Assembly: GCA_963707955.1 (NCBI GenBank) | Contig: OY970176.1 | Span: forward strand, 608,001 to 672,000 | Length of the DNA stretch: 64,000 nucleotides | Source of the DNA: Candidatus Bathyarchaeota archaeon | GTDB taxonomy: Archaea > Thermoproteota > Bathyarchaeia > Bathyarchaeales > Bathycorpusculaceae | Direction of reading: 5' to 3' | Shown: in pieces, positions 41,873 through 52,240 of the stretch | How the letters are laid out: the number at the start of each line of letters is the position of its first letter | Numbering within the stretch: the stretch's first letter is position 1 | Translations under genes and position numbers: made by a program | The notes under the pieces: model-generated | Told to the model about the DNA's origin: nothing | Seen by the model: the letters and a program-made list of their open reading frames with translations, nothing else | Database searches by the model: none

Positions 41873-42147
41873 CTATTCTTTCTCCTCTGACTGTGTGAAG
41901 CAACCTTCATCCATCGAACGTGAGAGAGATGGATGCCAATTCTTCTAGGTTGTTTCTTTTTCAGATGTTGCTACTTACTTCTTGTTGGCATAGAATCGGA
42001 AGCTTAGGTTTATAGTCTTAATGAATCCAGAATAAGTATCACAAATATCTGTTACCATTGGGTGTAAGAAAAGGCGCAGCTTTCGAGAAGAGCCATTGCA
42101 GAGGTGCCACTCGAGTTTTCAATGTGCCTCATCATCTTGTCGGCCAA

Positions 42148-44880
42148 TTATGTTCTCAACTTTCTGACGTAGAAGACTATTCCCACCGTAGCCACTGCGC
42201 CGATTCCTCCGAGAATGTAGAGTAAAAACTTTGCAAGTAGTGTTTCCTCCACTTGGACCGTTACCATCGACGTATTGGATTCATATATGGTTGCGGTGCC
42301 GTTAAAGCTCGCGTAGACCATCCAGGTTCCTGTCGTGCTGAACTTGAAGCTTCCTGAAAAAGTCCCATCATCGAGGGTTGTGCACACAGCCTCCTCCGTG
42401 TCGTTTGCCGAGACAAAATAAATCGTGACAAGCATGTCTTTCGCCTTTGGTGCCAACACTCCTGTTATTGTTACGTTATCTCCGGGTTTTGCTCCTGTTG
42501 GAATGGACGTGAAGTTCAGAGTAGAAGGATACTTCACTGTGTAGCTTCCATTGGCGCCCAGAGCGTTCTCAAGCGCATCAACAGCCGTGACCGAGTACTG
42601 AACCGTTGTGCCCGCTTCCTGTCCCGGTATGATCGCCGTGCAGGTTCTGTTGGAGATCTCCATCGGCGTAGTGTTAATGCTTGCCCAGTTGTCGATCGAG
42701 TACTGAAGAGTGGCGTTCTGCAGGTTGGCCATCGTTGAAACGTACGCGACAGTCGCGTTACTGCCTGGATACACCCTTGAAGGAATTAAACTGGGTGCCA
42801 GAGAGCTCTCGTTGAAATCTGTTTTGATCAGGAATTGGATAGTTCCGTTGCCGACTTCGCCTATGAAGACTAGTTGATACAGTGTTGTCTGGTTCGTAGG
42901 CGAAGTGAAGCTGAGGTGCATTTCCTGTCCGTAGAATTCGCAGTTTGCCCACGAAACACCACGATATTCTGTGGTCTCAAGGTTATAGCCTCCTACGACC
43001 GGGTCTCCTTCGGTCAAGTTGCCATACAGCCCTGGTTCCCATGCAAGAGGAACGCCGTTCAAGAGCGTCTGGTTGTTAGAGGTTGGATCAGTCATCAGGT
43101 AAAGCCTTGCTTCGTACATGTCCAGCGTTTCGGGGACCTTCACGTACACGTCTACCTGAGGGCTGTCAGTCACAAATTCGTAAGCCCAAGACGTGTTTAG
43201 ACTCTGCGTGTATTGGCTGTTCATTCCTTCTAAGTAGCGTTGATTCCAAACGTTGCACTCTATATCTTCGATTATCATGAACGTGGCCTGTTGTGCGCCT
43301 TTGCTAGCAAACGGGTTGTTTGAAATGACGAAAGTGTAGTTTCCCGTTAGTTTCGGAACGAAGAAAGGGTCACCGACCGTCACTCCGAGGTGCTCAGGCA
43401 TACCACTCGACTGGGTGTGATAACCCACCATTTGTCCATTGGGGTCGTAGACGTAAATGTCATAATCTGTCGTTGGCTCGCTGCCAGTATCGATCCATTG
43501 ACCGTAACAGTAAACATGGTAGCTGTGATCAGCTTCGAGTGGGCAGATCACGCTCCATTCTCTTCCTATTGCGATCTGAGATTCATTGAAATATACTGGC
43601 AACATCGGTTTGTCCAGAATGGTTACCTCGAGCTGTCCGACGCTATACGTTCCGTTGGCGACCAGAATTTGGCCGAGAACGTCCGTTGCCTCAACCGTGT
43701 AGTAAACCTGTGAGCCTGGTTCTTGAGCAGGAATTGTTGCTTTGCACGTTCTGTTATCGGGCAAAATGGCCATTGTCAAAGTGGCGTTGTTTTCCCAATC
43801 ATCGATTGAGTAATACAGCGCCGCATTCACCAAGTCCGTGGATGTGGAAACATACGAGATGTTTGCGCAGTCCCCTGGAAAGATTCTGTCTGGATTTCCA
43901 GCGGGCGATAGGCCTTCGTTGAAAGAGGTTTTAACCAAGAAACTGATCGTGCCTGTCCCCTTTTCGCCTATGAAGACGAGGTGGTAAAGACTCTGTCCAG
44001 ACGTTGCGTTGAGGCTGATTAGCATGTCCTGGCCGAAGTTATCGCACGTAGCGTAGGCTATTCCTTCATATCCTTGGCTGTCGGTGTCGTAGCCGCCTAT
44101 GTTGCCCATCTTGTTTCCGTAAAGCCCAGGCTCCCAGGCCAGTGGGACACCGCCCAAGGTCATATAGCCTGCGGAGGCATTGTTGGCCATCAGGAAGAGT
44201 CTGGCTTCATACATGTTCAACGAGTCTGGAACCTTAACTTGAACTTCAACGCGAGAACTGTTCGTCATGAACTCGTACGCCCAACTGGTCTGGTATTGGG
44301 GCAGATCGTTGCTGTCTTTTCCTTCAATCTGACAGTCATACCAAGCGTTGGGTTCGACGTTTTCTATTATCATGAAGGTTGCCTGATCAGCTCCGTTGCT
44401 TTCTCCGGCGTCATTGGATATCGTGAAGGTGTAGTTTCCTGTTTGTTGGGGGATGAAGAAAGGCTGGTTTGGGCTTGATCCCAGGTCTATAGGCGATGCC
44501 GTGTGGTAGCCTTCAATCGTGCCGTTGGGGCCGTAAATGTACATGTCGTAGTCCGTTCTGTTCACCGAGTCGGTGAGCCACTCGCCGTAGAGGTAGGCAT
44601 GATACTCATGGTCTGCTTGAAGAGGAACGACTATGCTATAGTTTTCACCTATGGGTATTTGTGATGCGTTTAGAAAGACGGGGAAAAAGGGTTTTTCCAT
44701 GTAGGTCCAGTTTCCGAGTGGTCCCGTGTTGATGAAGTTGTGCACGTACATCTGATTTTCAGGCGTGTATTCAGCATTGACTTTGATCATGGGATTGGCG
44801 AGCAGGGCATAAGCTATGGTGATCATGACTAGAACTAAGAGTAATCTCTCCGCCTTTGGAGCAATTCTCAAGTGCATCAC
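42148..44880 (-). CDS. large cell-surface protein with internal duplication
   Basis: Signal peptide, two copies of a ~360-aa module (KPxxPVxxNxSQI...YEARLxLM...PLAWEPGLYG), Ig-like domains, C-terminal TM plus RKLR. Confidence 0.85.
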   Translation of the reverse strand: MMHLRIAPKAERLLLVLVMITIAYALLANPMIKVNAEYTPENQMYVHNFINTGPLGNWTYMEKPFFPVFLNASQIPIGENYSIVVPLQADHEYHAYLYGEWLTDSVNRTDYDMYIYGPNGTIEGYHTASPIDLGSSPNQPFFIPQQTGNYTFTISNDAGESNGADQATFMIIENVEPNAWYDCQIEGKDSNDLPQYQTSWAYEFMTNSSRVEVQVKVPDSLNMYEARLFLMANNASAGYMTLGGVPLAWEPGLYGNKMGNIGGYDTDSQGYEGIAYATCDNFGQDMLISLNATSGQSLYHLVFIGEKGTGTISFLVKTSFNEGLSPAGNPDRIFPGDCANISYVSTSTDLVNAALYYSIDDWENNATLTMAILPDNRTCKATIPAQEPGSQVYYTVEATDVLGQILVANGTYSVGQLEVTILDKPMLPVYFNESQIAIGREWSVICPLEADHSYHVYCYGQWIDTGSEPTTDYDIYVYDPNGQMVGYHTQSSGMPEHLGVTVGDPFFVPKLTGNYTFVISNNPFASKGAQQATFMIIEDIECNVWNQRYLEGMNSQYTQSLNTSWAYEFVTDSPQVDVYVKVPETLDMYEARLYLMTDPTSNNQTLLNGVPLAWEPGLYGNLTEGDPVVGGYNLETTEYRGVSWANCEFYGQEMHLSFTSPTNQTTLYQLVFIGEVGNGTIQFLIKTDFNESSLAPSLIPSRVYPGSNATVAYVSTMANLQNATLQYSIDNWASINTTPMEISNRTCTAIIPGQEAGTTVQYSVTAVDALENALGANGSYTVKYPSTLNFTSIPTGAKPGDNVTITGVLAPKAKDMLVTIYFVSANDTEEAVCTTLDDGTFSGSFKFSTTGTWMVYASFNGTATIYESNTSMVTVQVEETLLAKFLLYILGGIGAVATVGIVFYVRKLRT

Positions 44881-45518
44881 TGTTATGTGTTAGTTTGTTT
44901 GGATTCTTGGAGAGATATCTGTTATGAACAGGGGGTCATGATCGAGAATTAGGATGATAGTTCATGTTATAGATGCCAAAATCGCAGGACACCCTTGCGC
45001 GTGCTGCAGGCGAATGAGAAAAAGAGTCTGAACAGAATTGAAGTCACTTTTTTATGACGTGGAACAAAGAGCAAGGAATAGTGTTTTTCTAACATGCGCG
45101 CGCACAAATTCCTAGCTTTTTTACAAATGCTGAAGACGGAGCGCCTTCATTAGACATGCATACTAGTCCATCCATCTTGTGATTTCGCTTACGCTCGACC
45201 GTTTAGGGGAAGCGAGCGCTAGCGCCAGACGAGGGTTACAGAGGCCTCTGTCTCATTCCAAGAACGGACTCAACAATGTTTTTTCTCGACCATTCGCCTT
45301 CGCTCATTTCCTCCATCAAAAAACTTTTTTCGGCACCTCTGCAAAAATTCTTCCAACTATCTGCTCAGTATCTAGCCCCATGTCCCAAAGCATACCTATT
45401 CTCTCCTTCAGTTTCAACATGTTGCGCGCGCGTCACTTGAATCTGCGCCAGCCTGAATGCTTATTCAGGGAAGGTCTTAAATATCCGTTGAAAACATACG
45501 CTTAAACGGTCGTTTGCG

Positions 45519-46100
45519 TTGAAGGAAAAAATTCTGATACTCTTAGTGGTTTTGGCTGCCGCATCATTGGCTTTCTCACCTCTTTGTAGGGCAACCGCAA
45601 GCCTTGAGATCACCGGCTATACGGACCAGACTTACTACAAGCCTGGTGACACTGGGACGCTCAAATTCTGGGTATACAATAGCGGAACTGAGGATCTGAT
45701 TCTGAAGAACGTCACCATATACTATCCATGGTATAACTCCGTGGGACTATGGGGAGGAAACGAAACCATCACACCTTCAACTTCCACGGTAATCGCAGCG
45801 GGTGGAAACTGGAGCGGCACGTCTTCCTTCACGGTGCCGAATGACGGAAGGGTCGTTGGAGTAAGCAGTTCAATCAGCATCAATGTTGTCACCGATAAGA
45901 CCACGGGGTTCTCATCTATTTCGATCAGCTTGGCAAGCGTGCCTCTCTACTTCTCTCTTCAAAACATAGACCAGCTTATGACGTGGCTCATGGTTCTAGT
46001 GGTTGTAATCGTAGTTTGCACTTTGATAATAGCAGGAGCAATATTCCTCTCATTGCGTAGACGACAGATGATGTGGAAACAAGAAGTGAAAGCGCCGTAA
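45519..46100 (+). CDS. secreted Ig-like protein with C-terminal TM anchor
   Basis: Signal peptide, YKPGDTGTL...NSG Ig-like domain, TM then RRR. Confidence 0.75.
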   Translation: MKEKILILLVVLAAASLAFSPLCRATASLEITGYTDQTYYKPGDTGTLKFWVYNSGTEDLILKNVTIYYPWYNSVGLWGGNETITPSTSTVIAAGGNWSGTSSFTVPNDGRVVGVSSSISINVVTDKTTGFSSISISLASVPLYFSLQNIDQLMTWLMVLVVVIVVCTLIIAGAIFLSLRRRQMMWKQEVKAP

Positions 46101-46389
46101 GCCGAAACCTCCAATCCCACTTTTTCTATCCAAATTAACAAGAAATTTCCCTGATGGCGTGCGAGCCTCCTGCGACAAAAGTCTCTATTTCTCGACTTAA
46201 AAAACCTCCCATGCTTTCATCTTTCGAAAACACAGTATGCAATGGAGGCGTATACTCGATTCGTATACTACCCCCTACAATGCTCTCACTTTCCACTATG
46301 GTCTGAATCCCGTATACGCCCTGCCAAGCTCATTTTTCCAAAGCAGGGCATAGTCGTTTTTGGTTGGTTGGACAAAACTTTACCCGCAT

Positions 46390-46594
46390 ATGCAACACTT
46401 CCTGGGCCACAAGAAACTCATTTTCAACCAAGATTTACACAAACATCGAACACACCCTATTCGAAGCAGGAGCCAACGATGAATTCACAGTGAAAGTAGC
46501 AGAAAAACCCAATGAAGTTAAAGCGCTGCTAGAAGTCGGGTTCGAATACGTCCTTCAAAAAGATAACCTAATATTCCTGAGGAAACGCAAATGA
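46390..46594 (+). pseudogene. frameshifted C-terminal fragment of a tyrosine integrase
   Basis: MQHFLGHKK then, in a shifted frame, STKIYT...LLEVGFEYV...RKRK (LGH and catalytic Tyr region). Confidence 0.65.
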
Positions 46595-46664
46595 CTAGGA
46601 AAGCTTCGCTCGCCAGAAACATCGCCAGGCACCAAGAAAAAATACCAAGTCAGTCAAAATCAGG

Positions 46665-46753
46665 GCGGGGTTGCCCTAACCTGGTAGGGGGCAGGCCTGC
46701 TAAGTCTGTGGCTGGAAACGGCCGCGTGGGTTCAAATCCCACACCCCGCGCCA
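46665..46753 (+). tRNA. tRNA-Ser(GCT)
   Basis: GCGGGGT/ACCCCGC acceptor, CAGGC-CTGCTAA-GTCTG anticodon arm, long variable arm, G discriminator, CCA. Confidence 0.93.
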
Positions 46754-46804
46754 ACAAAAACTTCAAATCGGGAAGACCTCCCAACATGTTTTAAGGAGAC
46801 AACT

Positions 46805-48136
46805 TTGGGAATCTACCGCTACGAAAGGCGCCTATGGCTCGCCGTTGAAGGACCTGAAGGAATCAAGAAGTCAAAGACGATCATCCCCCAGAACAAGAAG
46901 CTGCTGCTTAATTATGCTGAGTATCTCAAGGCCACCGGAAAGAGCCTTCCACGTCGAGACAAGCTAGTCAGAACCCTGAAGATCTTCGCAACTCTTCTAG
47001 GCCCAATACCCTTCAAACTTGCAACTAAAGAGAACATGATTCAGATCCTGGCGAAAGCTGAAGATCACTGGATGTCCGAGTTAAGCAAGAAGGGCAGACC
47101 TGGACCAGCTTCAGACTACACGCGCAGAGACTTCCAGGAAATAATCAAACAGTTCTACGCATGGCTCTTTGATGTCGAGGATCCACGCCACGAGGGATAT
47201 CCCAAGGTTGTTAGCTGGATACGCTCCAAGGCGCCGAAACAGAAGCTCAAGGCCTCCGATCTACTCACTCCCGCAGAAGTGAAGAAACTAATCAGCGTCA
47301 CACTGGACATGCGGCTCAAGGCTCTGATAGCCGTGTGCTATGAATGCGGTCTAAGGGTTGGCGAGGCTCTTCAGATGCACATAGGAGACGTCGAGTTACA
47401 AGAACAGTGCGGAACACTGACGGTGAGCGGAAAAACAGGACCGCGCGTAGCCTACTCAATCGAATCGTTACCATTGCTCATGCAGTGGTTAGATCAGCAC
47501 CCAACCCGAAACAACCGTGAAGCCTGGCTCTGGACAGATGACACGGAACCCTTAACCTACGATAGGGCCCGCTTCAAACTTCTAGAATGCAAACGAAAGG
47601 CAAACATACACAAAAGAATATTCTTCCATCTTTTCAGACACAGCTCGGCCACTTCTAACGCACAATTAGGCGAGTCCATGCTGCGTAGCATCTACGGCTG
47701 GAGCAAAAACAGCGATGAACCGAGCACCTACGTCCATCTCTCAGGAGAGACAGTTAAGAAAGCCTTACTCGAGAAAGCCGGCCTGAAGCAGAAAGCCCAA
47801 GAGGAGCCGGCAGTCATCATGTGCCCTCGCTGTGGAAATCCTAACCAACCGAACGCAAGTCTATGCATAAAATGCAAGGGTGTCTTGAAAATCCAGGATG
47901 CGGTTTCAATGAGCGGGCTCCTGGAGCAGGTTCAAAGACTGAATGAGAAAATCGAGAGAATGACTCCGGAATTCGCTCGGCATGAAGAACTATTCAGGAT
48001 CATGAAGAAGAAAGGTCTCGTCACAGAGATTAAGGACAAACCGGCTTCAGGGTCGGGCCAACTCTACACACCTTTTCGAATTCGCAGAGATACTAAAGAT
48101 GGAAAGAAGCAAGGTTTCTGCATCACTTTAGGTTAG
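46805..48136 (+). CDS. tyrosine recombinase/integrase with C-terminal Zn ribbon
   Basis: GLRVGE, GKTG, HLFRHS, YGWS, TYVH catalytic set; CPRC...CIKC. Confidence 0.93.
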   Translation: MGIYRYERRLWLAVEGPEGIKKSKTIIPQNKKLLLNYAEYLKATGKSLPRRDKLVRTLKIFATLLGPIPFKLATKENMIQILAKAEDHWMSELSKKGRPGPASDYTRRDFQEIIKQFYAWLFDVEDPRHEGYPKVVSWIRSKAPKQKLKASDLLTPAEVKKLISVTLDMRLKALIAVCYECGLRVGEALQMHIGDVELQEQCGTLTVSGKTGPRVAYSIESLPLLMQWLDQHPTRNNREAWLWTDDTEPLTYDRARFKLLECKRKANIHKRIFFHLFRHSSATSNAQLGESMLRSIYGWSKNSDEPSTYVHLSGETVKKALLEKAGLKQKAQEEPAVIMCPRCGNPNQPNASLCIKCKGVLKIQDAVSMSGLLEQVQRLNEKIERMTPEFARHEELFRIMKKKGLVTEIKDKPASGSGQLYTPFRIRRDTKDGKKQGFCITLG

Positions 48137-48334
48137 GGCTAAACCCTTGAAACTAGGCCTCTTCTCTTCTATAGGCCTCGTTCTTTGATTCTGCATTCTG
48201 CCACCTTGGCAGATTCGCTGAAAAGAAGACTTCACAGAACCCTTAGGGATAAAACTTATACTATCAAAGACGCCTATTAGCGAGGCAGAATATCTCCAGT
48301 ATTTTCACTGGCCATTGAAAAAGGAGGTTATGGA

Positions 48335-50896
48335 ATGGTCGATTTCAACAAGTTGCTCGGTAAGAAGAAACTGAGCAAAGTCTTGGATCCAATATTGATT
48401 TTCAAGGATCTCGATAAGGAAATTGGCAAGGAGGATCTCAGACTCCCCCAGGCTGCAGTTCTGAAAGACTGGCATGAGAAATGGAGAAGTAAGCGTGATA
48501 TCATTGTGAAACTGCATACAGGTCAAGGGAAGACTCTCATAGGATTGCTCATTCTCCAGTCATCCTTGAATGAAGGGTTTGGACCAGCTCTTTATGTCTG
48601 CCCAAATAAGTATCTCGTGAATCAAACCATCGAACAAGCTCGAGAATTTGGAATTCATACAGTTCAGTTCGCTCCAGACGTAACAAGGCCTCCCCAAACC
48701 TTCCTCAATTCGAACTCTATCTTGGTAACAAACTGCAAGAAACTTTTCAATGGAAAGTCAGTATTTGGAATTGCTGGGTCAGGCAGAGAGCCGATAAGCC
48801 TCGGCGCGATTGTGATGGATGACGCTCACAAGTGTCTTGACATAATTCGCGAGGCATTTTCAGTAACGGTTGATAGAACAGATGCTGATGGAAAACCCAA
48901 TCCGATGTACTCAGAGATTTGGGATTTGTTTAGGGAGTCTCTGGGAAGGCAGGCACCTGGAACCTGTTCAGATATTGAATCTGGCGAACCGAATAGCTTG
49001 ATGGCTGTTCCATTCTGGGCATGGCATAACAAACAAAAAGAAGTGCTGCAGACGCTTCGAACGCATAAAGAAGGAAAAGAACTACTATTCGTCTGGGATC
49101 TACTCAAAAACAGAATCGAACAATCGCTTTGTCTTTTCTCCGGAACGAGGCTTGAAATCGCTCCCCGAATTCTTCCAATTGATCTTGTACCAAGTTTTTC
49201 TCAGGCAAAGAGGCGCATCTTTCTTTCTGCAACGTTGACTGAAGATTCATTCCTAGTGAGAGATCTATTGATAGACCCAGAGAGCGTTTCTGAGCCATTG
49301 TCATCTGGTGACGTCAGCTATTGCGGAGAGCGGTTGATAATCATACCCTCTTTGGTTGATCTAAACCTCAGACGCGAACAGCTGATAAGATGGGTTTCCG
49401 CAATCGCAAGAAAACATGGGAGTTTTGGTGTAGCAGCAATAACCCCCTCCTTTGAGCACGCAAAGCATTGGGAAAAATACGGTGCCAAGGTGACGAATGT
49501 AGAGAATCTTGAGGAGGAAATAAGCAATCTTCAGGGAAGGATCAAGAAAAGGGAAGCTAAGGAAGTAATGATAATCGTAAACGAGTACGACGGCGTGGAC
49601 CTGCCAGACAACACTTGCAGGATTCTGACACTGGATTCTCTTCCGACCTATAGCTCTCTTATCGAAAGATTTGCTCAAGAAATGAGACCGACATCAGGGA
49701 TAATCAGAAGACATCTTGCGCAAAGAGTCGAACAAGGGATGGGTCGAGCGATTCGTGGGAGTAGCGATTGGTGTATAGTAGTCGTTGTTGGAAACAACCT
49801 GACTAATTTCCTGTCCGAGCATTCAAAGAGACAATTCCTCTCGAAGGAAGCCCAGATGCAGATCAAGATAGGAGAGGAACTCGCAAGTGAAATGAAACAA
49901 GAGGGAGCGGAAGTGGGAGTTGTCGAGAGACTCATTAATCAGGTTTTGAACAGGGAACCTGGGTGGAAGGAGTACTACAAGAAAGGAATGTCAGAAATTG
50001 GTGTCGAAACCATAAGCTCTGAAAATCTCAAACGTGCCATTTTGGAAAGAGATGCAGAGACATTCTACATTCAAGGGAATTTCAAAAAGGCAAAAGATAC
50101 AATTCAAGAACTAATCCAAATGTCGGAACAGACCGACAAAGGCTGGTATTTCCAGCTTATGGCTACCTACTTGTTCCCAATAGACAGCACAACCTCCATG
50201 GATATTCAGGTCAAAGCTCACAGCGAAAACAACCGACTTTTCCGCCCTGAAGCTGGGATAACCTACTCTAAGGTGACGGCAACTGGAAGCAACCGCGCTT
50301 CACTTATCCTAAGCTGGATGCGCACGTATGACTCCTACAATGCGCTCTTGATTAATCTTGGGAGTATTCTGGATAGAGTAGCGTTTACGGCACCTTCTGA
50401 GTCTTTCGAAGAAGGGATGAATGAATTAGGCAAAGCTCTTGGATTCTTGACTGATCGACCAGAGAAGGCTTCTGGAAGCGGACCCGACGATCTATGGAAC
50501 ATAGACGGTAAGAGATACTGGATAATCGAATGCAAAAACATGATTTCGTCGCAACGCAAAGAAATCACTAAGAAAGAAGCTGGGCAACTTGGCAATGCTA
50601 TCGGATGGTTCAAAACTAACTACAAGGATTGTGATGGAACCTATGTCTTTGTTCATCCAGCAGATGTGTACGCAAAAGATGCATATCCGCCGGAGCAGAT
50701 ATGGTGTCTAAACCCTCAAGGTCTTGACAAATTGAAGAAGAACGTTATGGCCTTCTATGTTTCCATGCAAAGTACGCCTCTTGCAGATGTCTCCGAAAAT
50801 TTGATTCGCAAAAAGCTGACCGAGTTTAGTCTGGAAACGAGTGTTGTGGCGACATCCTACCTAAAACGTGCAGAAAAGGGTCAGGCTTCAAAATAG
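48335..50896 (+). CDS. SF2 (DinG/XPD-like) helicase fused to C-terminal PD-(D/E)xK nuclease; Hna-like defence protein
   Basis: LHTGQGKT, DDAH, SAT, QGMGRAIR; GPDDLW...IIECKN. Confidence 0.8.
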   Translation: MVDFNKLLGKKKLSKVLDPILIFKDLDKEIGKEDLRLPQAAVLKDWHEKWRSKRDIIVKLHTGQGKTLIGLLILQSSLNEGFGPALYVCPNKYLVNQTIEQAREFGIHTVQFAPDVTRPPQTFLNSNSILVTNCKKLFNGKSVFGIAGSGREPISLGAIVMDDAHKCLDIIREAFSVTVDRTDADGKPNPMYSEIWDLFRESLGRQAPGTCSDIESGEPNSLMAVPFWAWHNKQKEVLQTLRTHKEGKELLFVWDLLKNRIEQSLCLFSGTRLEIAPRILPIDLVPSFSQAKRRIFLSATLTEDSFLVRDLLIDPESVSEPLSSGDVSYCGERLIIIPSLVDLNLRREQLIRWVSAIARKHGSFGVAAITPSFEHAKHWEKYGAKVTNVENLEEEISNLQGRIKKREAKEVMIIVNEYDGVDLPDNTCRILTLDSLPTYSSLIERFAQEMRPTSGIIRRHLAQRVEQGMGRAIRGSSDWCIVVVVGNNLTNFLSEHSKRQFLSKEAQMQIKIGEELASEMKQEGAEVGVVERLINQVLNREPGWKEYYKKGMSEIGVETISSENLKRAILERDAETFYIQGNFKKAKDTIQELIQMSEQTDKGWYFQLMATYLFPIDSTTSMDIQVKAHSENNRLFRPEAGITYSKVTATGSNRASLILSWMRTYDSYNALLINLGSILDRVAFTAPSESFEEGMNELGKALGFLTDRPEKASGSGPDDLWNIDGKRYWIIECKNMISSQRKEITKKEAGQLGNAIGWFKTNYKDCDGTYVFVHPADVYAKDAYPPEQIWCLNPQGLDKLKKNVMAFYVSMQSTPLADVSENLIRKKLTEFSLETSVVATSYLKRAEKGQASK

Positions 50897-51141
50897 CCGG
50901 TCTCGTGTGCGAGCCCTCTGGATAGACATGTCTAGATACGTCAATAGTAGTATCGCTATTCCTTAAACCCGAAGCGAATTGGTATTTATGGGAGATATCC
51001 GTTTGAGTGTAAATACGTCACCTCAACCAGGGTCCATTTGCAGCCAAGCTGGCTGCAATAGGCATGGTTTCCTCAGGCTAGCGGCACTATTCATTTTATC
51101 TGAGAAAGACTCTTACATAAGATCGTATATACGGTTACTCG

Positions 51142-51224
51142 GAGGGGGTTCCCCAGTGGTCACGGGGGCTCGCTTGTCAACCGAGTGCCGTAGGGCTGCG
51201 CGGGTTCGACTCCCGCCTCCTATT
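51142..51224 (+). tRNA. atypical tRNA-like gene: long variable arm with GTC anticodon
   Basis: D-arm CCCC-AGTGGTCAC-GGGG, anticodon arm CTCGC-TTGTCAA-CCGAG (C:C mismatch), V-arm GCC-GTAG-GGC, T-arm GCGGG-TTCGACT-CCCGC; weak acceptor stem, no CCA. Confidence 0.65.
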
Positions 51225-51864
51225 TTGTATATTTTGGTCAGGCTATGAAGAGAGTACGCGCGCTAGATGGTTATAAGCAAAATTCGTGAACCAAATTAGG
51301 AAGGTTAGCCTCTTCATGCAAACAATGCTTTGCCTCTTTTTTTCAGTCACAGAGGTCACTCTCATTTTTCGAGGACATTTCAACTCGTGACTGCGGGCTG
51401 ACAAATGAGTTGACACGATGTATATATAATACTCGAAGACTCCATCCCCTTGAACAGCCTCTATGTCAAAGCAGTGACAATTCTGGAGAACATCAGGCCA
51501 GCTCTCGAGAGTTCATGGGTTTCTAGCGTCTTTAGGCCTCTAGAGCCTCGAGGACTTGCGAGCGCCCCCGAGACATCTCGAGATGATTCTCACATATTTC
51601 GAAAGCGTCGAGTTCTGCATACCCTCTGATACAGAGGTTTCCCCGAGCCTTTTTTGCTTCGAGAATTCTGCAGGCCTTCTGCAGGAGGTCTCGTCAAGTC
51701 CTCTTGATGTCGGGAGTGATACTCAAGATGTCTCGACAGTCTGGAACAAGAATGCCTTGCTTCGTTTTCTTTGCATAAAACGAAAGTAGACTTTAGCTAA
51801 TCTGTGTGCTCTGAGAACCTGCTTTCCATGGTGACACCACGGTATCAGTGACCCCCATTCTTCT

Positions 51865-51904
51865 AGGGGTCCAAACGTGGGCATTGACCCGAGCGACCCC
51901 ACCA
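51865..51904 (+). repeat. degenerate direct repeat A ending in tRNA-Pro-like 3' end
   Basis: aggggtccaaacgtgggcattgacccgagcgaccccacca. Confidence 0.65.
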
Positions 51905-52240
51905 ATAGCTTATTATACAGAATAAAGCTAGATCAGCCGACTATTTTTAAGAAGCAACGTCGGACACGGGTTTGTTCCTGAGGGTCGGGTGGCGTTGCCT
52001 TCACAGGTTCATGCAATGCGTTTTTTCGCATCGTGATGCAGCGGATGAAGTTGGCACTATTATCGTCTTAAGTTGTAGACCTGGTTGGTTCTGTCGGAGT
52101 TTGAACGCAGCTTTGTTACCGCATTCTGAATCGTTCTCGCATTATGCCAGAGTACCTCGATCTGATATTGTGCTGCCGATTTCTCAACTGCGGCCATTTT
52201 CGAACGAGGCGTATGAACTCTCGATGTACGCTTATGCCAT

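Noticed and set aside
46665-46753. tRNA-Leu(TAA) reading because of the GCGGGG 5' end
   Set aside because: Stem register places GCT at positions 34-36 and the discriminator is G
51142-51224. tRNA-Sec (TCA in the loop)
   Set aside because: TCA is one base off-centre and the extended acceptor/D stems of tRNA-Sec are absent
51316-51789. Possible degraded gene between the tRNA-like element and repeat A
   Set aside because: Only short ORFs in different frames with no recognisable motif
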